NCBI GenBank assembly: GCA_963796685.1
Contig: CAWCMR010000009.1
Span: forward strand, 360,924-424,923
DNA: 64,000 bases
Reading direction: 5' to 3'
Origin: an uncultured delta proteobacterium
Lineage (GTDB): Bacteria; Myxococcota_A; Polyangia; Fen-1088
Part shown: one piece after another, positions 51,286 through 60,261 of the stretch
Position numbering within the stretch: position 1 is the stretch's first letter
Layout: every line of letters starts with the position of its first letter
Program-made: the position numbers and the translations under genes
The notes under the pieces: generated by a model
What the model saw: only the letters and a program-made list of their open reading frames with translations
Database searches by the model: none
Told to the model about the DNA's origin: nothing

Positions 51286-52242
51286 ATGCCAGTTCAATCC
51301 AAGACGCACGTTCGCTTCACACTGCCAGACGACAAGAGTTTGTTGTTCCACCACATGCACGGCAGCGAAGAACTGGGCAAACCCTTTCTTTACGAAATAG
51401 CCTTCTTCAGTGAGGAAGCCGACCTTACGCCCAAGGACCTGTTAGGTCAGACCGTCACCATCGAGTTGGATCTTCCCGACAATCCGGTGCTGCCCAACGA
51501 GGGCCATCGGTACTTCAACGGCTACATCACACGCATGGCTCGAATGGGACGCTATCGGAGGTACCACACCTATACCGCGACCGTGCGGCCCTGGATTTGG
51601 CTACTCTACTTGGTCGGGCGCGTGACTGTCGCATCTTCCAGGACAAGACCATTCCGGAAATCATCAAGGCCGTGTTTCAAAGGCACGGGTTGACCGACTT
51701 CGAGGAGTCGTTGACGGGCACGTACGGCCCACGTGACTACGTGGTCCAATATCGCGAGACAGATCTCGACTTCGTCACACGCTTGATGGCCCAGGAGGGA
51801 ATCTACTACTTCTTCAGACACGAACCCACGAAGCATGTCCTTGTGTTGGCAGACTCCTACAGCGCACACGCGCACGTCAAAGGGTACGAGGACGTACTCC
51901 TTTACGCGTCACAAGACCGAGGTATGACGATCGGCGAACGTATTGATATCTGGCACTCTGAGCAGGAGATCAGGTCAGGCACGGTCGTGTTGAACGGTTT
52001 CAATTTTGAAATGCCAAAAGTGGACTTGTTAGCCAAAGTATCGTCGCCAGATGAGCACGACAAGGCCGACCTCGAAATCTACGATCAGCCTGGCAAGTAT
52101 CTCAAGAATTCCGAGGGGGAGGCCTACGCGCATTTACGCTTTGAGGAAGTAAATGCCCAATTTGATCGCAGAACAGGAGGAGGCGACGTGCGCGGCATTG
52201 CTGCGGGTAGCCTTTTTACTCTCACGCCCCTGTGGAAATTTC
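51286..52242 (+). pseudogene. vgrG: vgrG (TssI) pseudogene: N-terminal half only, frameshifted by a 5-bp duplication and ending at ISL3
   Basis: GSEELGKPFLYE, RYFNGYI, CRIFQDKT, VQYRETDLDFVTRLMAQEGIYYFF; CTACT duplicated at 51601-51610; no Gp5 OB or needle domain. Confidence 0.9.
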
Positions 52243-53566
52243 GGCTCCTCGCTATTTGGAATGGATTGAATTGGGAAATGCACAGGGAAGTCTGAAGTCC
52301 AGTTTTGACAGCAGCAGATAAATCACAGTCTTCATTTTGCGCGCGGAGCGAAAGCCACGCGCCCGCGCCTTGGCCGCCTGGATGAGGCTGTTGAGTCCTT
52401 CCAAGAGACCATTCGTCAGGCCTGACATGAACCATCTCATCACGCCTGCCTGGTGCGCCTTGAGGGTCTTGGCGGCCCTGATGACGGGTTCCAATCGGCT
52501 ATGGGTGGCCCAGAAATACCAGCGCTGAAACCACGCCTCCGCTTCATCCGCACTCAGGCTATACAACTCCTGTAGCATGAGCTTGATGTGGTAGGCCCGC
52601 GCAGTGGCCAATTTGGAGGAGCGCAAGACCGCGAAGTGCTCCCTGTTCTCGGATTTGATGTTGGCCTCGTTCCTCAGCCAGTCGTGGCGCGTGCCCTTCA
52701 ACTCCGGAGAGGACTTCTGCTCCTGCCTTCGCACCTCATCGATTGCGTCGTTCATGAGTTGGATGACATGGAACCTGTCGAAGGTTAGGTGCGCCGCCGG
52801 AAACGTCTCCAAGATGCCCTTGATGAATGCCTGCGACATGTCGAGACTGAAGTCCGTCACCTTCTTCACGTCTCCACCGTGAGCGAGCAGATCGTCCTTG
52901 AAACAAGCCACCGTGCCGTGATCTTTCCCCTCCGTGACGAACAAGACTTTCGCCGCAACCATGTCGGCAAAGACCGTGACATAGACGTGGTTCTTCTGCC
53001 GCGAAGTCTCGTCGACGCCAACCTCGGCGACCTGGCTGTAGTCGGCTCGCTCACGGGCCTCGTCCACGTAGTGTTCCAGGATGCGCCACAGGAGCGTGTC
53101 ATGCTCGCCGACGATGCGACCGACCGCCGCCACCGTGAGGCCGTTGCGTGCCAGTTCCACCACCATCGCCTCGAAGAGAAGGGTGAAGTTCGACCCGCCA
53201 CGAGCCCATGGCACATCGACCGTCAAGACGCCGTGCTTGTCACACTTGGTTCGAGGTTGTCTTGCCTCGACATAGGTGAGGTACTGGAAGAAGTTCAGGT
53301 GTCGCCATGTCTGCGGCGAGGCATCGTGTACCTTGCAAGCATCGCCACACGTAGGGCAAGGGAAGGTGCTCCCCGGCTTGAAGTCGACTTTGATGTCGAG
53401 GCGCTTCTTCTCGGCGTCAAGGTTCAGCTCTACGACCTCCCATGGATTGACCATGCCGAGAGCCACTGTAAAAAGCGCATTGACGTCAAGACCAGAACTT
53501 GGATTTTGCACCACGGAAGATTAGCGGAACAACCAACCTCGCGTCCATTTTAGACAGCGAGGAGCC
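52243..53566 (-). mobile_element. ISL3-family insertion sequence
   Basis: Terminal IRs GGCTCCTCGCT..AATGGA (19/23 match); flanks GAAATTTC / AAAATTTC (7/8 target-duplication match). Confidence 0.93.
52252..53514 (-). CDS. ISL3-family transposase
   Basis: Zn finger CPTC, WRHLNFF, VPWA, VGVDET, SLDMS, FDRFHV, TNGLLEGLNSLIQ..ARGFRS. Confidence 0.95.
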   Translation of the reverse strand: MVQNPSSGLDVNALFTVALGMVNPWEVVELNLDAEKKRLDIKVDFKPGSTFPCPTCGDACKVHDASPQTWRHLNFFQYLTYVEARQPRTKCDKHGVLTVDVPWARGGSNFTLLFEAMVVELARNGLTVAAVGRIVGEHDTLLWRILEHYVDEARERADYSQVAEVGVDETSRQKNHVYVTVFADMVAAKVLFVTEGKDHGTVACFKDDLLAHGGDVKKVTDFSLDMSQAFIKGILETFPAAHLTFDRFHVIQLMNDAIDEVRRQEQKSSPELKGTRHDWLRNEANIKSENREHFAVLRSSKLATARAYHIKLMLQELYSLSADEAEAWFQRWYFWATHSRLEPVIRAAKTLKAHQAGVMRWFMSGLTNGLLEGLNSLIQAAKARARGFRSARKMKTVIYLLLSKLDFRLPCAFPNSIHSK

Positions 53567-53804
53567 AAAATTTCCCGGCGTCGCGGAAACCACGAGAGCC
53601 AGACCGGTACGCTCGGGGGCGCCCACCGCGTCGGGCATACCAGATGCTCAACCGGGGAATTTGTCGCTGCGCATCACCACTCCCCCTTTCATTCCAACCA
53701 CGCGCATCTTTGGCGTTGGCCGTGGTGGGTGCGGCAGTATAAGTTTGACTCATCTTACGACCTGACAAACCCGCGGACGGGCAGCCACCTAGAGTTGAGA
53801 CGAC

Positions 53805-54288
53805 ATGGCACACGTTCCAGCACCTCCCACCAAGCCAAACCACGCGAGGATCCAGTTCGTGCTGACCTCTCTCGCCATGTGCGCCCTAGTTGTCACGGTG
53901 GGCTGGCTGTCCGATCTGCGAGGCGTGTTTCACGGGACGATCATTGTCCTGTCGGTCGCCGCGTTCCTGCACGTGCTCCTCGCTCTGGCGTTCGTACTGA
54001 TCTTCCTTGGCATGAGCGCCATCGCCATCCTTTCCTGCGACCCCGACGCAGCTCCGTTGGTCCGATTCCTACGCGGCCAGCGAAGGGCCGGCAGCGTCCT
54101 TCCGCCGCTTCTTCGTCCTGCATTATCGATTCTTGTTCACCCGGCGGCACCCGGCGCTGCTGGGTGCCGCATGCGGGTTCTTGCTAGGAACACTCTCCGT
54201 GGTGGTTCTCCAATCTGTCCCGGTCTTGCTTGGCGAGGTGTGCACCCAGCTAGAGCAACATCTTCGGGACGCTCGGGGGTATAGTTAG
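53805..54288 (+). CDS. Hypothetical 3-TM membrane protein; apparent frameshift near 54058
   Basis: Two TM segments in ORF 53805; the alternative frame FRRFFVLHYRFLFTRRHPALLGAACGFLLGTLSVVVL adds a third TM and stops at 54288, abutting the next ATG. Confidence 0.5.
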
Positions 54289-55065
54289 ATGGCAGATCCG
54301 ACCACCGCTGCGGGAACTGCTCAGGCGCGCGCCAAAAGGGAAGAGGTGCATTTCTACCCAGGATCCAAGCTCCTCGTCTACTTGGTGGGCAACAAGGTGA
54401 AGGCAATAGCCGAAGCCTGGGGCGGACCGGCCACCAAGCAGCCGCGCGGGCCAACCGAGCGGATGGCGGCTGGGCCAACCACCGCCGGTGAGTTCGTCAT
54501 TGATGGTTTGGAGACGTACAGGACCGACTCCTGGAATATGTCCAAGATCGCGTGGGGCACGCCTATCCGGGCGAGCCGAACCGATACGAGGAAGCTCGAG
54601 TACTTGTCACCATCGGGCAAATGGCGACCTTCGACAAGCACGTACACGGAGGAAGTGCACGAGATAAATCGCAGGCCCCGGAAAATTACGAGGCTACTGA
54701 GTGTCAATGACGTCATGCGCTTGAATAGGTTCCTCCGGGACTCACACGACTTCCCGGAAACCTGGCTCTTCAGCGACTTTGGTCCAGTCGCAGTGCGCTA
54801 CTACCGCGACAAGAATAGGAATCGCAGGCGCGATGCCAATGAGCCCCTTTCGGGAGAGATGATTCACACCACGCAAGTCAACGAGGGCGAGTCGTACCAG
54901 GCTCGAGGGGACTCCAGCAAAGTCTTCCTATTCGACTCCCACGGGTGCATCCATATCAAACCTGCCGATCGAGACACTCTCATCAAGGCAGGCGCCTTCA
55001 AAAAGGGCATGACCCTGGTCATCCATCCCTATAGTGAGATCTTCGACTTCGACAAATACGAGTGA
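54289..55065 (+). CDS. L,D-transpeptidase (YkuD)-like protein without signal peptide; putative T6SS cell-wall effector
   Basis: GPTTAGEFVI; MIH-x23-SHGCIHI; lies between two vgrG genes. Confidence 0.7.
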   Translation: MADPTTAAGTAQARAKREEVHFYPGSKLLVYLVGNKVKAIAEAWGGPATKQPRGPTERMAAGPTTAGEFVIDGLETYRTDSWNMSKIAWGTPIRASRTDTRKLEYLSPSGKWRPSTSTYTEEVHEINRRPRKITRLLSVNDVMRLNRFLRDSHDFPETWLFSDFGPVAVRYYRDKNRNRRRDANEPLSGEMIHTTQVNEGESYQARGDSSKVFLFDSHGCIHIKPADRDTLIKAGAFKKGMTLVIHPYSEIFDFDKYE

Positions 55066-56144
55066 ATGCGATGATCTGGTCTCAGATACTCCTGCTTCTC
55101 GTGGCGGATATCTCCACAGCTCCCGGTGCAAGATGTTCGCTTGAGAAGCCTGCGCTCTCATGGATTGGTCCTAAAGGGGCTGATACTTTGGGTTTCGAGC
55201 CGTTGAGCCTTCTTGCCCTAGGAGACGGTTGGCTGGGGCTGGCCGCCGGAAATGGTGGGGTTCAGTTTCGTTCCCCAACTGGAGAGTGGTCGAATGTCCG
55301 GCAGCTCCCCGTGGATGTCGTGCTCAAGGTCGAAAGCGCTGGCTCTGGCCTGCTGGTGGCGGGGGCGGTGCTCCTTGCAGAGGGGTGGAAGGTATTCCTG
55401 GTTGGAGTTGATGGCCGCATCAAGGAAACCTGGAATCTGCCGGACAACCCCTTCTACGTGCAATCACTGGCAACCTGGAGGGACACGTATTGGGCCACCG
55501 TTTCCGAGGGGTGGTGGACAAGACCTTCTCCAAACGGCCTCCTGGAGCTTCTCCCGGGTGGAAAGGTCGTGCGGCATGCAGACATCCCGAAGACCGAGGA
55601 AGATGGACACCTCGTCGTGCCGTGGGACGCCGTCCTCTACTTCGGGCCCACTGGGGAAAAGGTCTATTGTGTCCCGCATGAGTGTCAACATGACGGGCCT
55701 TGCCACTATGGCTATTGCTACCGCAAGGACAAAGTTGCTTGGCGGGAATGGGGCCACTGGTGGTGGCTACCGGTTCCCTGCGGCGATTACCTGCTGGAGC
55801 AGGAGGTTGCCGTACGTGAACCGCATTTCAGCTTTTCTCGAAACCGTACCGTCGTGCGCCGGATCAGGGACGGCGTCCAGGTCGCCTCCGTTAGGACTGG
55901 AGCAGACACTGGAATCACCTGCGCGGGTCCGGACGAGTTTTTGCTGAACGCTGGCAAGTCCATCACCAGCTTCAGCCTTCCCACCGGCCGTCGACGCTGG
56001 TCGGTGCAGGTAGCCAAGCGCGCGGGTAGTGTCGTTACCCTCGCTCGCGCCGGAACCTGCACCATCGCTCTCACCCATCGCAACTTCATGGTCAGCATCT
56101 GCCCGGGCGCAGATGAAAGAATGGTTACAACGGTAACGAGGTAG
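55062..56144 (+). CDS. Exported beta-rich (propeller-like) protein; putative immunity protein
   Basis: GTGA overlap with the effector; signal peptide MIWSQILLLLVA; Trp/Cys-rich; SFSLPTGRRRWS PQQ-like blade. Confidence 0.6.
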   Translation: MNAMIWSQILLLLVADISTAPGARCSLEKPALSWIGPKGADTLGFEPLSLLALGDGWLGLAAGNGGVQFRSPTGEWSNVRQLPVDVVLKVESAGSGLLVAGAVLLAEGWKVFLVGVDGRIKETWNLPDNPFYVQSLATWRDTYWATVSEGWWTRPSPNGLLELLPGGKVVRHADIPKTEEDGHLVVPWDAVLYFGPTGEKVYCVPHECQHDGPCHYGYCYRKDKVAWREWGHWWWLPVPCGDYLLEQEVAVREPHFSFSRNRTVVRRIRDGVQVASVRTGADTGITCAGPDEFLLNAGKSITSFSLPTGRRRWSVQVAKRAGSVVTLARAGTCTIALTHRNFMVSICPGADERMVTTVTR

Positions 56145-56146
56145 TC

Positions 56147-58366
56147 ATGGAACTTATGAAGGAAGTATGGATCACCGTAACCTGTGCCAAGGCACCAGAC
56201 GTGTTTTTCGTCCGCAGCATTTCTGGCAGCGAAGAGCTGGGCACGCTCTACGAGTATCACGTCGAGCTGTTTACCAGGTTGCCGGAGATCGACATGAGGT
56301 CGCTCTTGGCGGAGCCCATGACCATACACCTGGATCTGGGCAATGACGAATTCCGCCATTTAAGTGGAGTTGTTTCCAAGATCCGCCGCGGCGACTCGGA
56401 CTATGAAGGAACCACCTATCACTTAACGCTTCGGCCCGAGCAGCATAAGTTGAACTACCGCCACAACTGCCGCATCTTTCAGAACACATCCGTAGTTGAC
56501 GTTGTGAAGACTGTCTTTACGGAACACGGGCTCCGCGCGGTGCGAGAGTCATTGTTCGGCGTATACCGTAAATGGGACTACTTAACACAGTATCGGGAAT
56601 CAGATTTCGAATTCATCAGGCGAATTCTGGCGCTCGAAGGAATCTACTTCTATTTCGAACACCTCGCGGATGGCCACCAGATGGTTCTTGCCGATTCGGT
56701 CAGCTCGCATGAAGAGCGCGCTGGGTTCGGATCGCTTCCGTTCTGTCCGTCATGGCAGCCAGTGGACAGCCCTGACTACCTGACTTGGTGGAGTGAAACG
56801 TACGAGCTCGCCATCCGGGAGTTTTCCGTGAGGGATTTCGATTTTCGCCAACGTGGTCCAGCCAGCGTGCTCAAAGCAAGGAAGGCCTCCGGATCGGAGA
56901 AGGATGAGGCGAAGGCAGAGCGCTACGAATATCCGGGCATCATCGCACTCCACGAAAACGAATCCAACGCTGGCGAGGAGGCCAAACTCCTCGAGGCCGA
57001 GCTGTCCGAGGGTGAACGGATAGCTGCCGTCCGACTAGAAGAGAAACAGAGCAAGGTCGAATGCTATGAAGCGGAAGGCAATGCGCGCTGCCTGCAAGTG
57101 GGCGCTCTCTTTGCCGTCTCCGACGCTCCGGACCTTTCGGCTCGGCAATTCATGATCGTTTCCACGGAGGTGACGTTTCGAAACCCGGTTATGTTCGGTT
57201 CGGGGAGCCACTCGATCGGCGACAGAAGCTACGTTCGGCTGACCGCGATGGACGGCAAGACGCCGTTTCGCATGCCGCGCATCGAGAAGCCGGTTGTGCT
57301 TGGCGCGCAAACCGCACGGGTGGTTGGCGGCAAAGACGACGAGATCATGACTGACAAATACGGCCGGATAAAGTTGAAATTCCACTGGGATCGCAAGGAG
57401 AGCTCCGACAAAGACCCCGAGCAAGACAGCTCCTGTTGGGTGCGGGTGGCGACTACGTGGGCCGGCAGCAACTGGGGTGCCATCCATATCCCGCGGGTGG
57501 GCCATGAGGTGGTGGTGCAGTTCATGGATGGCGATCCAGACCGGCCTATGGTCACTGGCAGCGTTTACAATGCTAGCAACATGCCGCCCTATGAGCTGCC
57601 GGCCAACAAGACTCAGTCTGGAATCAAGAGCCGCAGCACCAAGGGCGGGCACGCCCAGAACTTCAACGAAATTCGCTTCGAGGATCTGAAGGGCAAGGAG
57701 GAGCTGCACATCCAGGCCGAGCGCGACGAATCCACGCTGGTCAAGCGCAACCAGTCGATTTCGGTGGGCGCGGATCGCAGCGTGAGTGTGGGCGGCAACC
57801 ACACGGTCAGCGTGACGGGGGCGCAGACAACGACGGTCACCAAGAAGGAAACCCAGACCTACAACGCCGAACGCGAGATGAAGGTCGCCTTGACCAATCT
57901 CGACGAGATCACCGGCGCGCATACGGGGACGTACCACGCTGGGCGGACTGAGACCGTCGAAAAGGGAGACACCCTCACGGTTCTGGGCTCGGACAAGAAG
58001 GCGACTGTCCATGGAACGTACGACATCACCGCGGACACGGAGTACAAGCTGGTCCAGGGCACGAACAGTGTCGACCTCAAGGGCAATCACATCACGATCA
58101 ACAATGGCAAGTGCGAAGTCCACCTGGAGGGGCCGGACGCCACCGTCATGGCGAAGTCGTCGCTGACCCTCAAGTGCGGAGATGCCAGCATCACGCTCAA
58201 GAACGACGGTAGCATCGAGATCAACGGCAAGCAGAAGGTCAACTTGAGTGGCGGCGGATCCACCGTCGGACTCGAGCAGGCCGGCGCCACGATGAAGGGC
58301 ATGAAGGTCGGTATCAGCGGTGACGCGATCACCGAGATCACCGGCGCACTCATCAAGATCAACTAG
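56147..58366 (+). CDS. vgrG: Type VI secretion tip protein VgrG
   Basis: GSEELG, TQYRESDFEF, GAQTARVVG, TDKYGRIKLKFHWDR, SSCWVRV, IPRVGHEVVVQFMDGDPDRP, NFNEIRFED, Gp5 beta-helix repeats. Confidence 0.97.
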   Translation: MELMKEVWITVTCAKAPDVFFVRSISGSEELGTLYEYHVELFTRLPEIDMRSLLAEPMTIHLDLGNDEFRHLSGVVSKIRRGDSDYEGTTYHLTLRPEQHKLNYRHNCRIFQNTSVVDVVKTVFTEHGLRAVRESLFGVYRKWDYLTQYRESDFEFIRRILALEGIYFYFEHLADGHQMVLADSVSSHEERAGFGSLPFCPSWQPVDSPDYLTWWSETYELAIREFSVRDFDFRQRGPASVLKARKASGSEKDEAKAERYEYPGIIALHENESNAGEEAKLLEAELSEGERIAAVRLEEKQSKVECYEAEGNARCLQVGALFAVSDAPDLSARQFMIVSTEVTFRNPVMFGSGSHSIGDRSYVRLTAMDGKTPFRMPRIEKPVVLGAQTARVVGGKDDEIMTDKYGRIKLKFHWDRKESSDKDPEQDSSCWVRVATTWAGSNWGAIHIPRVGHEVVVQFMDGDPDRPMVTGSVYNASNMPPYELPANKTQSGIKSRSTKGGHAQNFNEIRFEDLKGKEELHIQAERDESTLVKRNQSISVGADRSVSVGGNHTVSVTGAQTTTVTKKETQTYNAEREMKVALTNLDEITGAHTGTYHAGRTETVEKGDTLTVLGSDKKATVHGTYDITADTEYKLVQGTNSVDLKGNHITINNGKCEVHLEGPDATVMAKSSLTLKCGDASITLKNDGSIEINGKQKVNLSGGGSTVGLEQAGATMKGMKVGISGDAITEITGALIKIN

Positions 58367-58471
58367 CGGGCGGTCCGGGAATCATGCAGACGAATACCGA
58401 TACTGCGACAACTTGTGGCGATAAGGCTGCCCGTGCCAGCCACAGGCCACCGCCTGACTCTGGAGTAGAAC

Positions 58472-58924
58472 ATGGACCCCATCCTCAATCGAACAACCAT
58501 CATCGTGCTTGCCCAAGGCGTTCTGGTGATTCTCTTGTTCGCCGGCTATGCGCGTCGCAGCCGTCGAGGCAAGACGATGACGACGGAATCTGGAGCGGAG
58601 CCGGCAACCGAGACATTCACCTGGCACCCACAGTCGTGGGCGTGGCCGGTGGGCATCGTCGTGCTTTTCATCGTGGGCGTGCTGCTCTGGCGGCCCGTTT
58701 CCACCTGGTATGCGGCTCGCCATCCACCTGCTATCGAGCACCGCGGCGCACTAATCGAGGCAGCCTCGAAGGAGCTGCACTGTCCTGCCGAGCAACTTGC
58801 GGTCGAGCCATTCGGAGACAATGGCGCCAAGGTGACCGGTTGCGGTGGAAACACCCAGCTCTGCTGGCGCACCACCACCCGTTACGGGGCGCTTTCGTGG
58901 CTTGGCTGTTACGTGCCGTATTAG
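58472..58924 (+). CDS. Hypothetical 2-TM protein with Cys-containing periplasmic domain
   Basis: GGAG RBS; two hydrophobic segments; ASKELHCPAEQL..VTGCGG..LC. Confidence 0.6.
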   Translation: MDPILNRTTIIVLAQGVLVILLFAGYARRSRRGKTMTTESGAEPATETFTWHPQSWAWPVGIVVLFIVGVLLWRPVSTWYAARHPPAIEHRGALIEAASKELHCPAEQLAVEPFGDNGAKVTGCGGNTQLCWRTTTRYGALSWLGCYVPY

Positions 58925-58956
58925 CGTCTCGGTCGAATCTCGCCCGCTGAAACGTC

Positions 58957-60261
58957 ATGCAGTCCAAGATCAAAGAACTGCAGCAAGCGCTGGAAGGCTT
59001 CATCCAGCAGTCGCGGCGTTCTGTCTTGGTCATCAGCCTCGAGGAGTCCGAGCTGGTCTATGTTCTCAAGCTCATCGAGACCTTGGACCAACAAGACAAG
59101 GCGAACGTGTACGGCTCGTTTCCCCAGCCGGTCGACAAGAGCAGCAGCAGGTATGTGGACGCCATCATCAAGGCGGTCGCCAGTCAGCTCGATGGCGCGA
59201 ACATGGCCCGCGTGGGTGAAGGCCAGCCGTCCTGGCCGCCCATACCCGCCGTCTGCAACGATGTCCGAACCTCGGCGACGCAACGGCTGCGCGCTGCAAT
59301 CCTACACGCTCGCAGTCTGGTGCCGAACGATCCGGACAACCGCCTGGTGTTCTGCCTGTTGCCGCAGCAAATGGACGCCATGGAGTCGTACGTCGACGCC
59401 GTTGCGTCGTTGCTCCCGTCCGCAAACGCAGCCTGCGATCCGGCTTGGGCCGGCGTACGCCTCGTTCTTCGCGACGACAAGAAGAATCCAGCGCTGATTC
59501 CGCAGCTGCGCCGGCAGAAGAATCCGCACGTGCTCGTCTACGAGCCCGATCTCAGTCCGGCCGCGATGATGGATGCCATGGCACGCGAAGCGGCCGATCC
59601 GACCCTGAGCGAGGGAGAGCGCATGCAGGTGCTGGGACAGCTTGCGGCGGTGGATGTTTCGTACGGACGGCTCGAAGAAGCAGCAGCGAAATACGGCGTG
59701 CTTTACGACTACTACACGCGAGGCAAGGCCCCGGCCATGCAGGCGCTGGTTCTGCAAGGCGTGGGCGATATCCTGCGCAAGGCGGGGAACCTCCCGCTGG
59801 CACGCGAGCGCTACGGGCAGGGACTTACGCATGCCTTGGAGACACAGTCGCTTCCGCTCATGCTGAGCCTCGCCTACAACGCCGGCGACACCAGCCTTGC
59901 GCTCAAGAGCTGGGCCGACGCTGACGGGCACCTCGACGTCGCGCAAACCATCGCCGGCAAGATGCTCAACCCTCAGCTGCAAGCCGACGCCATGGAAAAG
60001 ATGGGCATCGCACGCCTAGAGCAGAAGCGCATTGCCGATGCCGTGGCCATCTGGAATCAGGCCGCAGAGGTGTGCCGCGGCTGCAACCACCGCACACGAC
60101 TGTGCAGCATCTTGGAGCGCTTGTCGGCAGTCTACGCCGCCGGTCGCAGATACACAGAACAGCGCGCCTGCGACGGCGAGCTGGCAGCCGTGCGCGCGGG
60201 CGCGCCACTCGTGCGCCGCTCGCCTCCGCCCAAGAGCTCCACCCCGAAGGAGATTGCCTAG
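58957..60261 (+). CDS. TPR-containing protein coupled to the Rhs gene
   Basis: C-terminal TPR-like helices (GVGDILRKAGNLPLARERYGQGL); its stop overlaps the Rhs GTG. Confidence 0.75.
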   Translation: MQSKIKELQQALEGFIQQSRRSVLVISLEESELVYVLKLIETLDQQDKANVYGSFPQPVDKSSSRYVDAIIKAVASQLDGANMARVGEGQPSWPPIPAVCNDVRTSATQRLRAAILHARSLVPNDPDNRLVFCLLPQQMDAMESYVDAVASLLPSANAACDPAWAGVRLVLRDDKKNPALIPQLRRQKNPHVLVYEPDLSPAAMMDAMAREAADPTLSEGERMQVLGQLAAVDVSYGRLEEAAAKYGVLYDYYTRGKAPAMQALVLQGVGDILRKAGNLPLARERYGQGLTHALETQSLPLMLSLAYNAGDTSLALKSWADADGHLDVAQTIAGKMLNPQLQADAMEKMGIARLEQKRIADAVAIWNQAAEVCRGCNHRTRLCSILERLSAVYAAGRRYTEQRACDGELAAVRAGAPLVRRSPPPKSSTPKEIA

